From: a virus
Taxonomy: Duplodnaviria; Heunggongvirae; Uroviricota; Caudoviricetes
Virus record (IMG/VR): IMGVR_UViG_3300044618_002782
Coordinates: 128,001 to 160,607 of that record
DNA: 32,607 nucleotides
Direction: 5' to 3' (one strand)
Under the pieces are notes generated by a model. That model was not told the origin of the DNA and did not search any database. It was given only the letters and a program-made list of their open reading frames with translations. Both the position numbers and the translations under genes were made by a program. Shown one piece after another: positions 8,344-20,140 of the stretch (position 1 is the first letter of the stretch; every line of letters starts with the position of its first letter).

Positions 8344-9408
8344 ATGGCAAAACCATTTGACGTAAGCAAATTCCGCAAGGAAATTACAAAAAGTATTGAT
8401 GGACTCAGTATCGGATTCAACGATCCCACAGACTGGATCTCAACAGGCAATTACGCACTCAACTACTTGATCTCTGGCGATTTCAACAAGGGTGTACCCT
8501 TGGGCAAGGTCACTGTGTTTGCAGGCGAGTCCGGTGCAGGCAAGAGTTATTTCTGCAGCGGCAACATTATCAAGAATGCACAAGAACAAGGCATCTTTGT
8601 TGTGTTAGTTGATAGTGAAAACGCCCTGGATGAATCATGGATGAAGGCCCTGGGTGTAGACACCAGCCCAGAAAAACTTCTCAAACTGTCCATGTCCATG
8701 ATCGATGATGTAGCAAAAACCATTGCCACATTCATGAGCGAATACAAATCTCTGCCCGACGGAGAACGTCCTAAAGTCTTGTTTGTTATTGACAGCCTGG
8801 GTATGTTGTTAACTCCTACAGATGTTAACCAGTTTGAAGCAGGCGAAATGAAAGGTGACTTGGGTCGTAAGCCCAAGGCCTTGACAGCCCTGGTTCGCAA
8901 CTGCGTCAACATGTTTGGTAATTACAACGTGGGTATGGTCTGTACCAATCACACATACGCTAGTCAAGACATGTTTGACCCTGATGACAAAATCTCAGGT
9001 GGACAAGGCTTTATCTACGCAAGTAGCATTGTTATTGCTATGAAAAAGCTCAAGTTGAAAGAGGACGAGGATGGTAACAAGATCTCTGATGTCATGGGTA
9101 TTCGAGCCGCTTGCAAGGTCATGAAGACACGCTATGCTAAACCTTTTGAAGGCGTCCAGGTCAAGATTCCGTATGAAACTGGTATGAATCCTTACAGCGG
9201 TCTAGTAGACTTGGCAGAAAAGCGTGGCTTACTAAAGAAAGACGGTAATAGATTGGCCTTTACCACAACTGATGGCGAAGTTATCAAACAGTTCCGCAAG
9301 GCCTGGGAAAGCAACGAAGATGGTTGCCTGGACAAGGTCATGCAAGATTTTTCCAAGCCAGTGGCTGAGGTAAGTACACCTGACGTTGACACAGAAGGAG
9401 ATGTATAA
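8344..9408 (+). CDS. uvsX: RecA-like recombinase UvsX
   Basis: AGESGAGKS Walker A, VDSENALD, VIDSLG Walker B, NHTY, SGGQG. Confidence 0.95.
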   Translation: MAKPFDVSKFRKEITKSIDGLSIGFNDPTDWISTGNYALNYLISGDFNKGVPLGKVTVFAGESGAGKSYFCSGNIIKNAQEQGIFVVLVDSENALDESWMKALGVDTSPEKLLKLSMSMIDDVAKTIATFMSEYKSLPDGERPKVLFVIDSLGMLLTPTDVNQFEAGEMKGDLGRKPKALTALVRNCVNMFGNYNVGMVCTNHTYASQDMFDPDDKISGGQGFIYASSIVIAMKKLKLKEDEDGNKISDVMGIRAACKVMKTRYAKPFEGVQVKIPYETGMNPYSGLVDLAEKRGLLKKDGNRLAFTTTDGEVIKQFRKAWESNEDGCLDKVMQDFSKPVAEVSTPDVDTEGDV

Positions 9409-9666
9409 ATGTCAGTAGATTTAGCAGCAGCAGTATGGGAAGAACTCAAACGTTATATCGGCACGTTAGACAGGACCGAAGCGGCCGATGCTATGGTCAA
9501 CCTGTTGATAGACAGCAACTTTGATTCTGACGAAATTCGTGACGCATTTAAAGGTGATCCTGAAATTAAAAAAGCACTCAATGCTTACGTCAGTGATCGC
9601 TCGGATGACGAAGAAGAATCAGATGATGAAGATGCTGACTACGATGACGACGAAGAAGACTATTAA
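9409..9666 (+). CDS. Small hypothetical protein with highly acidic C-terminal tail
   Basis: 85 aa ending DDEEESDDEDADYDDDEEDY; SD GGAG upstream. Confidence 0.8.
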   Translation: MSVDLAAAVWEELKRYIGTLDRTEAADAMVNLLIDSNFDSDEIRDAFKGDPEIKKALNAYVSDRSDDEEESDDEDADYDDDEEDY

Positions 9667-9668
9667 CC

Positions 9669-10121
9669 ATGTGGTATAATCGCATAGTCACTGATCTCGG
9701 TACTATCCCAGACTTTGTGTCCTACTACGAAAGTCAGCTGATAGATGCCAAGAAAGATTGTCGCCTTGGTGGCTATGTTGAAATCAATATCAAAGAATTG
9801 CCCGGCATTACTGAGCATCGTTATGGTCAGTTGCAGGAAATCGAAGCAGTGCTTAACTTTTTAAATATTCAATTGAGAAAAATACGACGTAGACATTTTC
9901 AAAAATATTTAGAAGGTTATGCACGAGCTTTGACCAGTAGGGATGCAGAAAAATATGTTGACGGTGAGGACGAAGTAATTGATTTTGAAACGCTGATCAA
10001 TGAAGTGGCATTGTTACGTAATCGATGGTTAGGCATCATGAAAGGTCTTGAGAGTAAGCAATGGATGTCGGGCCATGTTGTAAAGCTACGAACAGCAGGC
10101 ATGGAAGATATACAGGTATAA
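9669..10121 (+). CDS. uvsY: Recombination mediator UvsY-like
   Basis: 150-aa helical protein with DAEKYVDGEDEV and KGLESKQW...VKLRTAG, downstream of uvsX. Confidence 0.8.
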   Translation: MWYNRIVTDLGTIPDFVSYYESQLIDAKKDCRLGGYVEINIKELPGITEHRYGQLQEIEAVLNFLNIQLRKIRRRHFQKYLEGYARALTSRDAEKYVDGEDEVIDFETLINEVALLRNRWLGIMKGLESKQWMSGHVVKLRTAGMEDIQV

Positions 10122-10123
10122 CT

Positions 10124-10356
10124 ATGTTAATGCCCTTAGATAAACAAATGTACAATAGTGATACGTTCCGAGATCGTGCTGTATGGAGAATGAAATTTGC
10201 CTGGCGTCCTGTTCGATGCTATATATCAAACCGGTGGATCTGGTTGGAATTGTCCTATAAGGGAAGTGCCATGTGGTTTGGACCAGGCGAACCAGTAGTG
10301 GTGTATCGATGGGTCAAGTCAGATGAATATCTTGTGGCAAAAATCAAAGGAATATT

Positions 10357-10360
<4 letters not shown>
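10124..10360 (+). CDS. Hypothetical Trp-rich protein
   Basis: Start moved to ATG 10124, just after the uvsY stop; KFAWRPVRC...WIWLE; ATGA overlap with the next gene. Confidence 0.65.
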
Positions 10361-12518
<2,158 letters not shown>

Positions 12519-12524
12519 TTGAGT

Positions 12525-12530
12525 TAAATA
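12525..12530 (+). promoter_or_regulatory. Late promoter core TAAATA in a 19-bp divergent gap
   Basis: Ends 7 nt before ATG 12538; a TATAACTA variant on the minus strand (12529-12536) points at the divergent gene. Confidence 0.5.
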
Positions 12531-12537
12531 GTTATAT

Positions 12538-13281
12538 ATGTATAATTTCTCTCTCCCTTACGAATATCAAGGCCACAGTCAATTTGGAGAAACTGGAATA
12601 ATAGAACTAATATTGACTGGACTTAAAGATCCTCATAAAACTTTTGTTGAAATTGGATTCGGTACTGGCAATCAGAATATGACCATGGATCTATTAGATC
12701 GCGGATATACTGGAGTTGGCGTCGATGGCAGAGATTGGGATCTAGATACACCTAATCGTTGGGGTAATTCTATAACTAAAATACAACAAATGATTACAGT
12801 TGATGATGTTGTTGATTTACTAAAACCAGTAGCAGATTGGCAATGTGATTTTTTTAGTCTCGACATAGATAGTTTTGATTACGAAGTTGCAAAATTATTA
12901 TTAGAATCTGGATTTAAACCAGCTGTTGTATGTGTAGAAATTAATCCAAATTTTGGGTCAACTACAAAAGCCAGTTTCCCGTACATACCTAATGTTAAGA
13001 AAAAAACTTATACACGCCGACATTTTTGCGGCTCTAGTCTGAGCAAGTATACGCATTTATGGGAAACACATGGACTGAAATTTTTTACTCTAAACAGCAT
13101 CAGCTATCACAACGCATTTTACTACGATCCTGCTAGGGTTTCGTTGCCGGATGTACCAGTTATAACGCAAATTCAAGACAATCAGTTTGATCCGGTAATT
13201 TACAACGAAACTGAATTGAGAAAAATGATAGCAGAACACGCCTTCTGGAAAGATTATCAAGACGTTATTTTTAAGACATAA
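12538..13281 (+). CDS. FkbM-like SAM-dependent methyltransferase
   Basis: SQFGETG, FVEIGFG, FSLDIDSFDY, VCVEIN. Confidence 0.7.
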   Translation: MYNFSLPYEYQGHSQFGETGIIELILTGLKDPHKTFVEIGFGTGNQNMTMDLLDRGYTGVGVDGRDWDLDTPNRWGNSITKIQQMITVDDVVDLLKPVADWQCDFFSLDIDSFDYEVAKLLLESGFKPAVVCVEINPNFGSTTKASFPYIPNVKKKTYTRRHFCGSSLSKYTHLWETHGLKFFTLNSISYHNAFYYDPARVSLPDVPVITQIQDNQFDPVIYNETELRKMIAEHAFWKDYQDVIFKT

Positions 13282-13304
13282 ATTAATTTTCTACGGACAC
13301 CTCA

Positions 13305-14123
13305 ATGAAATACTCAGTAGTCACTACATTTAATCACAGCGGTTACGAACGCTATGCCAGCCGCATGATTGACACCTTCTTGCAAAACTGGCCTAGAGAA
13401 ATTGATCTATACGTCTACACTGAAGATTGTGCAATACATCAAAGCGCACCCAATCTTCATGTTAGAGATTTACATGCTGTAAGTCCTGAAATTGTAGCCT
13501 TCAAGCAATGCTGGGGTAATGATCCTAGAGCACGTGGCCTGATTGCTACTGGGCCAGAAGATCGCAAAGGTAAAGCACCGGGTATAGGTTTTCGTTGGGA
13601 CGCTATTAGATTCAGTCACAAAGCATATTCAGTATTTCACAGCGCGGCCAATTGCAATGCTGATGTGTTGTTTTGGATGGACGCAGACATGGTGTGTCAC
13701 ACACCTATCACTACAGAATTTATTGACAGTCAAATGCCGCCCAAGATTGGCTTGGCCTATCTAGGACGCGAACGAAAGTTTAGCGAATGCGGTCTGTACG
13801 GTATGAACCTACGTGATAACATTACATTGAACTGGCTTAAAGAGTTTCAGTTAGCGTATGATTCAGGACGTCTTATGACCATGGCTGAGTGGAATGACTG
13901 CTGGGTATTTGATGAAACTCGAAACGAAGTACAAGCGGCCCACCCTAAGTGGCGTCAGCTAAACTGGAGTCACGGGTTGATCAAAGGAGAAGGGCATCCT
14001 TTGATCAACACTGCTTGGGGTGCATACCTTGACCATCTCAAAGGCAAACGCAAAGAAACTGGCCGTAGTCCAGCTAAAGATCTTATTCAGCCTCGAAACG
14101 AAAGTTATTGGACAGTAAATTAA
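13305..14123 (+). CDS. GT-A fold glycosyltransferase
   Basis: RFSHK, WMDAD (DxD), SECG, DCWVFD, HLKG. Confidence 0.75.
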   Translation: MKYSVVTTFNHSGYERYASRMIDTFLQNWPREIDLYVYTEDCAIHQSAPNLHVRDLHAVSPEIVAFKQCWGNDPRARGLIATGPEDRKGKAPGIGFRWDAIRFSHKAYSVFHSAANCNADVLFWMDADMVCHTPITTEFIDSQMPPKIGLAYLGRERKFSECGLYGMNLRDNITLNWLKEFQLAYDSGRLMTMAEWNDCWVFDETRNEVQAAHPKWRQLNWSHGLIKGEGHPLINTAWGAYLDHLKGKRKETGRSPAKDLIQPRNESYWTVN

Positions 14124-14890
14124 AGATGGTCTGCCTGGACGCAATCAGGGTCAAAACACATATCATCTACATTGGATTTACTATATTCGGCCTTTGAGTG
14201 CTTGGCTTTGTGATGAATAAGATACTCGCCAAGCACTGTATGCCGCAAGGGTGTTTTATATCCTTTCTGGAATCCTGTACATAAATCGTTCACCATAAGT
14301 GGTTGTACCACATTTAATGCAGCCCCAAGTACATCGTTGTCGTAAAATCTACGTAGATCTTGATAATCTCTTTCGTGATATCTTCTGCAGTATTCGGCTC
14401 TGAACTGATTAAATTTTTCGTGCTGAGTATTAACTGCAAATATTCCTGTTTCAGGACACAACCATTTTCCAGGTTTGCCATCTTTGCTTGTGTCGTAGGT
14501 TACACCCATGTACATGCTTAAATATTCAGGCAATAACAAATCAGTCAACACTGACAACGGTAGTTTCTTAGCAGTAATCACATCAGCATCCAGCCATACT
14601 ATCCAATCAGCAGTTCTGTGATTCATGGCATGCATAAAACTGTATGCTTTTTTGGCAAACTTTTTGTCTGACTGTCTTAGTGTTGTATCCGCCTGATATC
14701 GAGCGTAATCTGGATCCAACTCAGAAAAATCAATCTGCTTAATTCTTTTACTGCGAGTAGATAATTTAAATTCCTCTACATAGCAGGTAAGAGTCAGCTC
14801 TTTGGGCCAGTGCTTGAGAAAACTTGCCATACTATCCTTGCCAATGAGATCGTAATATCGTTGATTAAAACTTGTAATAACCTGTATCAT
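14120..14890 (-). CDS. GT-A fold glycosyltransferase, paralog of 13305-14123
   Basis: ITSFN...F...WP, KFAKK, WLDAD, ETG, HHKA align with the convergent neighbour. Confidence 0.75.
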   Translation of the reverse strand: MIQVITSFNQRYYDLIGKDSMASFLKHWPKELTLTCYVEEFKLSTRSKRIKQIDFSELDPDYARYQADTTLRQSDKKFAKKAYSFMHAMNHRTADWIVWLDADVITAKKLPLSVLTDLLLPEYLSMYMGVTYDTSKDGKPGKWLCPETGIFAVNTQHEKFNQFRAEYCRRYHERDYQDLRRFYDNDVLGAALNVVQPLMVNDLCTGFQKGYKTPLRHTVLGEYLIHHKAKHSKAEYSKSNVDDMCFDPDCVQADHL

Positions 14891-15852
14891 TTAATTGCCC
14901 ATCCTTTCATATGCGCCCAGCACTCGCCCGATTTTAACTCGTCGTGACTCCAATGAACCTGCGAAATTTTTTCTATCCATTGTTGCCGATCAGGCATGAG
15001 TGGATTTTCAATTCTAAAAATATCACTGCAAGCAACTTCTTTTGCTTGGCTTCGTTCTGGATCAGTTACAAATACCGGAACACCTTCTATTGCTGCTGCT
15101 ACACCTGGGCTAGAGTTATGACTAACTACAGCCCAGCACTGTTTAAAATCGCGAGCAAGACTAGTACCTGACTCACTTAGGTGTACATTTAACAGCCTTC
15201 TTCCGACACAAAGTTTCAATAATCTTTCGCAGTATTTTACAGCTCTTCTATCGCCCGGGTGTGGTCTAATCCTAATAGGTCTGTCCGAATACTTTCTTAT
15301 CTCCGTAATAGTTTTAATAGCCCAGTCTAATACGTCCCACCCTGCCATACTCCAACCACCATCTCTCTGTAAGCATAGTAAAATATGATCACCTCGGGTT
15401 CTCCAGTTGGCCAACTTGACTCCCAACTGTTTTTGTATTTCTACCCATCTGACCGGATCAGGATTTTGGTTGCAATATTCTCCTGTGTTGGGAAATATTC
15501 CGTCGTAGCTGTAGCGTAACCAATATCCAGGATTGTTTGTATTTTTATACAGAAACAGATTTGAATCTGCTATGATAGTACGATTGTTTGATTGTTGTTG
15601 TCCGTCGAGAATGTCTTGTCGCAATTGCAAATGCGATGCAGTTTTTCCTTGTTCGTGTACCCATCCTAAGATTACAGCCACTGGACTTGGCTGATATACT
15701 GACGAATCTTCTACAATGCCTTCGTCACCGCATCTGGATACACCTTGAACAAAGTATCTAAGTGTATTGCTTTTATCTTGTGCTTTTTGCAAAGATTCAG
15801 GAGTATATATTTCTTTTTTGGGCAATGTGGCTGTATAACTTACGACTTTCAT
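14887..15852 (-). CDS. Capsule-polysaccharide-biosynthesis-like GT-B glycosyltransferase
   Basis: LCLQR, IRPHPG, AVVSHNSSPGVAAAIEGVPVF. Confidence 0.6.
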   Translation of the reverse strand: MKVVSYTATLPKKEIYTPESLQKAQDKSNTLRYFVQGVSRCGDEGIVEDSSVYQPSPVAVILGWVHEQGKTASHLQLRQDILDGQQQSNNRTIIADSNLFLYKNTNNPGYWLRYSYDGIFPNTGEYCNQNPDPVRWVEIQKQLGVKLANWRTRGDHILLCLQRDGGWSMAGWDVLDWAIKTITEIRKYSDRPIRIRPHPGDRRAVKYCERLLKLCVGRRLLNVHLSESGTSLARDFKQCWAVVSHNSSPGVAAAIEGVPVFVTDPERSQAKEVACSDIFRIENPLMPDRQQWIEKISQVHWSHDELKSGECWAHMKGWAIK

Positions 15853-16661
15853 TCTTGCATCATCCTAAATGCTGTGCCATTCTGAAGCTCTTTCACATGA
15901 TATTGACCATATGCCATACTGTGACACCAGGCATCTAATAGGTCTTGATCGGGCCAAAACGGATTGTCTATTGTGTCAAGCTTGGTATTTGCAACAGGCC
16001 GGGCCACATGACTTGGTGCTAGTACAAATGCCGGCACTCCTGCAAGTATAGCTTCTACTGCAGCAACACTGTTGAATGTCACTACGGCATGTACATCTTG
16101 TGTTAGTAATCGATTCAGTGGAGTGGTTACAATTCTGTCAATTCTTTTTGGTGCTCGTTGCCTTACTTCGATTGGCCGATCCGTTAATGTTTTAAGTTGA
16201 GCAACAGTTTCATCTACCCATGCAGCCTGATCAATGCCGTAGAACCTACAAGGTTTTTCGTCTGGTGCTGCCACAATAATTTTTGATCCTGTTCGACGAG
16301 GATGTGCAGTAATACCCAATGCTTGCCATCTATCTGCTGGACGTTGTTTTATTTCATTATGCTGCAAATCATTTTTTACTATTCTATGATAAAGTTTTGA
16401 ACCGTGACTATTCTTACTACTGACACTGTTGCCCACATACCCTGAATCAACATACCAAAAGTCGTGCTTACCAGCCAAACACTTGTGCATAACTTTATAT
16501 TTGAGTATTCCCCGCAGTACAACTTTTCTATGATCTACTTCGACATCATAATGAAAATCAAAGTAATCACCGTCAGTTGGTTCTGTGCCAGCACTACGAG
16601 CCAGCATGTTGATATATTCGTCTTGATTATTTTTACTTAGGAATACCCAATCTTCGTTCAT
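15849..16661 (-). CDS. Capsule-polysaccharide-biosynthesis-like GT-B protein (HP motif absent)
   Basis: TDRPIEVR, AVVTFNSVAAVEAILAGVPAF; paralog of two others in the cluster. Confidence 0.55.
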   Translation of the reverse strand: MNEDWVFLSKNNQDEYINMLARSAGTEPTDGDYFDFHYDVEVDHRKVVLRGILKYKVMHKCLAGKHDFWYVDSGYVGNSVSSKNSHGSKLYHRIVKNDLQHNEIKQRPADRWQALGITAHPRRTGSKIIVAAPDEKPCRFYGIDQAAWVDETVAQLKTLTDRPIEVRQRAPKRIDRIVTTPLNRLLTQDVHAVVTFNSVAAVEAILAGVPAFVLAPSHVARPVANTKLDTIDNPFWPDQDLLDAWCHSMAYGQYHVKELQNGTAFRMMQE

Positions 16662-17347
16662 TTAATATCTCTCTGTAAGCAATACTCTGCAAGCATTCGT
16701 TCACGATGCCACTCATCTGCCATTGGAGTAGTAGCAAAATCGTGGAAGCAAGGAGCGCCTAAGGTATAATGCAACAAGTCTGCATTGCAGTTAGGACCAT
16801 ACTCGTCTGGCAACCAATTCCATTCTGCAGGTAAATCACCAATTTTTTCATCTTTGATCCAGGTAAAACGATGTAGTTCTGCACCCGTGGATCGTTGAAC
16901 AAACTCCGGTGTTAGGCATTGATTAGCTGAGCTCTCACAATTCCAGATAATAACACTTGACCAGTTTTTGCGAGGGTAGTTTTCGTTCTTTGAACCCAGA
17001 TACTTTTCTTTCATGCATGTTTCGTAGTTGTGTTTAACTACCTGTACATCATAATGATTCTGCCGCCAGTCCCAAAGCTCTGCAATGTCACTACGCACAA
17101 TCATATCACCATCAATAAAAATAGCATGACCGGTGTAATCCATCAAGTGCGGCACTAAGAATCTGCTGTAGATAAACTGATTGCTACCATCTGTGTGAGT
17201 TTCGGTATAGTCGGTGAACAAGTTTAGTGCCAGCGGTATGATGCTGACAGGTCTACTGGCATGTCTAATAATGCTATTGGCACACACATGATAAGCAACA
17301 GCTTCACGAGGATCATAACCAATAAAAATAGGTATCAGTTTACTCAT
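16658..17347 (-). CDS. GT-A (GT8-like) glycosyltransferase
   Basis: IFIGYDPRE, FIYSRFLVP, FIDGDM, YPRKNWSS, WNWL, HYTLG. Confidence 0.8.
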   Translation of the reverse strand: MSKLIPIFIGYDPREAVAYHVCANSIIRHASRPVSIIPLALNLFTDYTETHTDGSNQFIYSRFLVPHLMDYTGHAIFIDGDMIVRSDIAELWDWRQNHYDVQVVKHNYETCMKEKYLGSKNENYPRKNWSSVIIWNCESSANQCLTPEFVQRSTGAELHRFTWIKDEKIGDLPAEWNWLPDEYGPNCNADLLHYTLGAPCFHDFATTPMADEWHRERMLAEYCLQRDIK

Positions 17348-18111
17348 GAGAATTTTCTCTCAATATCATCTTCCTCGCATCGGTCTCCGTATTGTATTTC
17401 TACAATTTTTAATGGATCGCTTTGTTCGTTAACGAGTTGATGCCATTTTTCTGACTCTATATGTAAATATTCGTGGCGATGATAATGTCCTTGAAATTCA
17501 GCATCGCTGGCCATGTTCAAAGTCATTACTGTTGCAACTCCGGCACTGACCAACCAGAATTCTGATCTTCCTTTGTGTCTTTGCATACTGAGTGCCGCAC
17601 CCGGATCCACTGTGAGTTCTTTGACTTTAACTCCCGGTGCTTCGTGCAGTACACGATAATATCCCCAGGGTCGGCGTGTTTGAGGAGCCTTCCATTCTTG
17701 CAGTATCCACGAACTACTGTTTCTTTTATCTTGACCACCTACGCCAAATACAAACTCGACGTTGTCATCTTTGATATCTTGTTCTAGTATATTTTCAGTT
17801 GTGCGATCACCACCGTTGGCAAAAATAATACGGTCATTGGGATAGCTCTGTCTTACCATCCATAATGCATTTCGTGCAGAACCATCACTGTCGTCAAAAT
17901 CAATTACAAAGTTGACATTTTGCATATTTCGTACTACGGCGACACGTTCTTTTAACGGCATAAATGCTCGACCTTTTTTTCTTTCTAGCCACGAATCTGA
18001 GTTGATGCCCACAATTAAAAGATCTCCCAATTTGCCGGCAGCCTGCAAGTAGGAGATATGGCCGGAGTGTACAGGATCAAATCCGCCAGTGACAAGTACA
18101 ATAGTTTTCAT
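17344..18111 (-). CDS. Cytidylyltransferase (HxGH family) fused to a mannose-6-phosphate-isomerase-type cupin
   Basis: Start moved to ATG 18111; GGFDPVHSGH, FANGGDR, SSS, then RPWG, LSMQRH..RSEFW, EIQYG..CEEDDIER. Confidence 0.85.
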   Translation of the reverse strand: MKTIVLVTGGFDPVHSGHISYLQAAGKLGDLLIVGINSDSWLERKKGRAFMPLKERVAVVRNMQNVNFVIDFDDSDGSARNALWMVRQSYPNDRIIFANGGDRTTENILEQDIKDDNVEFVFGVGGQDKRNSSSWILQEWKAPQTRRPWGYYRVLHEAPGVKVKELTVDPGAALSMQRHKGRSEFWLVSAGVATVMTLNMASDAEFQGHYHRHEYLHIESEKWHQLVNEQSDPLKIVEIQYGDRCEEDDIERKFS

Positions 18112-18116
18112 AACAA

Positions 18117-18124
18117 TATTTATA
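18117..18124 (-). promoter_or_regulatory. T4-type late promoter TATAAATA driving the minus-strand glycan operon
   Basis: Plus-strand TATTTATA; ends 5 nt before the ATG at 18111. Confidence 0.6.
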
Positions 18125-18138
18125 TGTATACATAATGG

Positions 18139-18144
18139 TAAATA
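18139..18144 (+). promoter_or_regulatory. Late promoter core TAAATA driving the plus-strand glycan operon
   Basis: Ends 4 nt before ATG 18149. Confidence 0.55.
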
Positions 18145-18148
18145 CATT

Positions 18149-18715
18149 ATGGAACATTTTTATCAAACAGTAGAAGGATTTATGGGACCAAGAAACATTA
18201 TGATGTTTGACTTGGTTATAAAAGATTTCCCTCAAGCAGGAACCTGGGTTGAGATAGGATCCTGGATGGGACGCAGCACAGCATATTGTGCAGTTGAACT
18301 ATTAAATTGCAATAAAATGGGAAAATTCTACTGCATAGATACCTGGCAAGGAGGCGATACTCTTGAAAATCATCAATATGTATTAGAAGGAAAACTCAAA
18401 CAGGTATTTCTTGATAATATTGCACCGGTGGCTGATTATATTACGCCCATTGAGAGTCTAAGCTGGGCAGCCGCTGACCAATTTGCTGATAGCAGCGTGG
18501 ATTTTTGTTACGTTGATGCATTGCACACATACGAAGCAGTCATGCAAGATTTAACAGCTTGGTGGCCTAAAATACGCCCCGGCTCGTGGTTTGCTGGCGA
18601 CGACTATACCAAAGGTTGGCCTGGCGTCCAGCAAGCAGTACAGCAGTTTTTTGGTGAACTCGGTGTAAGATACGATCGATGTGGACGTTGTTGGATAGTT
18701 AAAAAGCCTGAATAA
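18149..18715 (+). CDS. Class I SAM-dependent methyltransferase (Methyltransf_24-like)
   Basis: Start moved to ATG 18149; VEIGSWMGRS, IDTW, YVDALHTY, GDDY. Confidence 0.85.
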   Translation: MEHFYQTVEGFMGPRNIMMFDLVIKDFPQAGTWVEIGSWMGRSTAYCAVELLNCNKMGKFYCIDTWQGGDTLENHQYVLEGKLKQVFLDNIAPVADYITPIESLSWAAADQFADSSVDFCYVDALHTYEAVMQDLTAWWPKIRPGSWFAGDDYTKGWPGVQQAVQQFFGELGVRYDRCGRCWIVKKPE

Positions 18716-18716
18716 A

Positions 18717-19352
18717 ATGCCAAATTGGTTAGACACATATAAACATAATTACTACCCTCGTCTTGATTCCAATCTCAGTGGAGCCAAACGTGGACTTGTC
18801 GAAGGACTAGGACAACGAGCCCGTGGCTTTCAATTGATGTTCGAGTTGTTGCTGGCCAAAACTCAAAGTCAGTATCACATTATCGAAACAGGTACCTGTC
18901 GAAATCCAGGAAATTGGAAAGATGGGCAGAGTGCAGTGATATTCACAGATTTTGTTCAGCACACAGGAGGATCACTGCGTAGTGTAGACATAGATCCAGA
19001 TGCCTGTGCAGCAGCACGTAAACACATCACCAGTGGTCTTTTTCAAGTGACCTGCAGCGACAGTGTGCAATGGCTAGAACAACAGACAGATCTGGACCAG
19101 GTTGATCTTTTTTATCTCGACAGCTACGATGTAAAATGGAACAACGACTCTGCCAGTGCCGAACATCATTTACGCGAATTCCAAACAATTGAATCCAGAA
19201 TTCAGCCAGGCACAGTAGTAGCCATTGACGACAATGCTAGGTTTTTAAACAATAATGGTCGCACTGGCAAAGGACGACGGATAGTGGAATATTTAGAATC
19301 CAAAGGAATACAGCCGTTATATGATGCTTATCAAATAATATATCAATTATGA
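18717..19352 (+). CDS. SAM-dependent methyltransferase-like protein
   Basis: IIETGT, SVDID, SDSV, LFYLDS, AIDD. Confidence 0.7.
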   Translation: MPNWLDTYKHNYYPRLDSNLSGAKRGLVEGLGQRARGFQLMFELLLAKTQSQYHIIETGTCRNPGNWKDGQSAVIFTDFVQHTGGSLRSVDIDPDACAAARKHITSGLFQVTCSDSVQWLEQQTDLDQVDLFYLDSYDVKWNNDSASAEHHLREFQTIESRIQPGTVVAIDDNARFLNNNGRTGKGRRIVEYLESKGIQPLYDAYQIIYQL

Positions 19353-20140
19353 TAGTTGACACATTCATGTTCAATGACGAGTTTGACATGTTAGATATAC
19401 ATCTGGCAATCACAGATTCGTACGTGGATCGTTGGATTATATTGGAAGGCAACCGAACCTGGAGTGGAATATCAAAACCTTACTATCTTTTAAACTGCCT
19501 GGACAAATATGCAAAATACGGTGATAGAATACAACTAATCAGTCTAGACATACCCGACGGTTATGTGAATTGGCAGTGTGAAAATTACAGTAGAGCCAGT
19601 TTGCAGCAAGGAATCGATTGTCTAGATGACGAAGATATTGTTTTGCACGGGGATCTGGATGAAATATTAGACCCGACAAAATTTAGCAGTATAGTTGATT
19701 TGATGGATCTGCATGATCGTCCTGTAAATTGTTCTCTAGAAATGTTTATATATAGATTTGATCAACAAACTGATCGTCGATGGAGCGGAACTGTAGTGGC
19801 CCGAAAACACATGTTTGATAATCCTCAACAGTTATATAAAGGCATCAACATAAAGAAAAAAGATCGTAGTCATTGTGTAGCATATCCAGACACTGCAGGC
19901 TGGCACTGGACCTGGATAGGATCAGACCAACGAATACGCAGCAAGGTTGCAAGCTGTATTGAAAGCCAACATCGAGACCCAGAACAGGTGTTGAACTCTT
20001 TCAAACAGTTAGACACAGCAGCAGCTATAAATCACAAGTGTACCTCAACCACAGTTGAATACACTTACCCTAACGAAGTAAACAAAATACTTGAGCAGTA
20101 TCCTCAATATTGGAACATACCGTCATGTCAGACACAATAA
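19349..20140 (+). CDS. Glycosyltransferase family 17 (beta-1,4-GlcNAc transferase-like)
   Basis: DTFMFNDEFDML, ILEGNRTWSG..KP, GDLDEI, GWHWTW. Confidence 0.8.
   Translation: MIVDTFMFNDEFDMLDIHLAITDSYVDRWIILEGNRTWSGISKPYYLLNCLDKYAKYGDRIQLISLDIPDGYVNWQCENYSRASLQQGIDCLDDEDIVLHGDLDEILDPTKFSSIVDLMDLHDRPVNCSLEMFIYRFDQQTDRRWSGTVVARKHMFDNPQQLYKGINIKKKDRSHCVAYPDTAGWHWTWIGSDQRIRSKVASCIESQHRDPEQVLNSFKQLDTAAAINHKCTSTTVEYTYPNEVNKILEQYPQYWNIPSCQTQ

Noticed and set aside
18089-18148. Overlapping extended starts of ORFs 17344..18147 and 18089..18715
   Set aside because: The extensions overlap each other and the divergent promoters; recognisable domains start at 18111 and 18149
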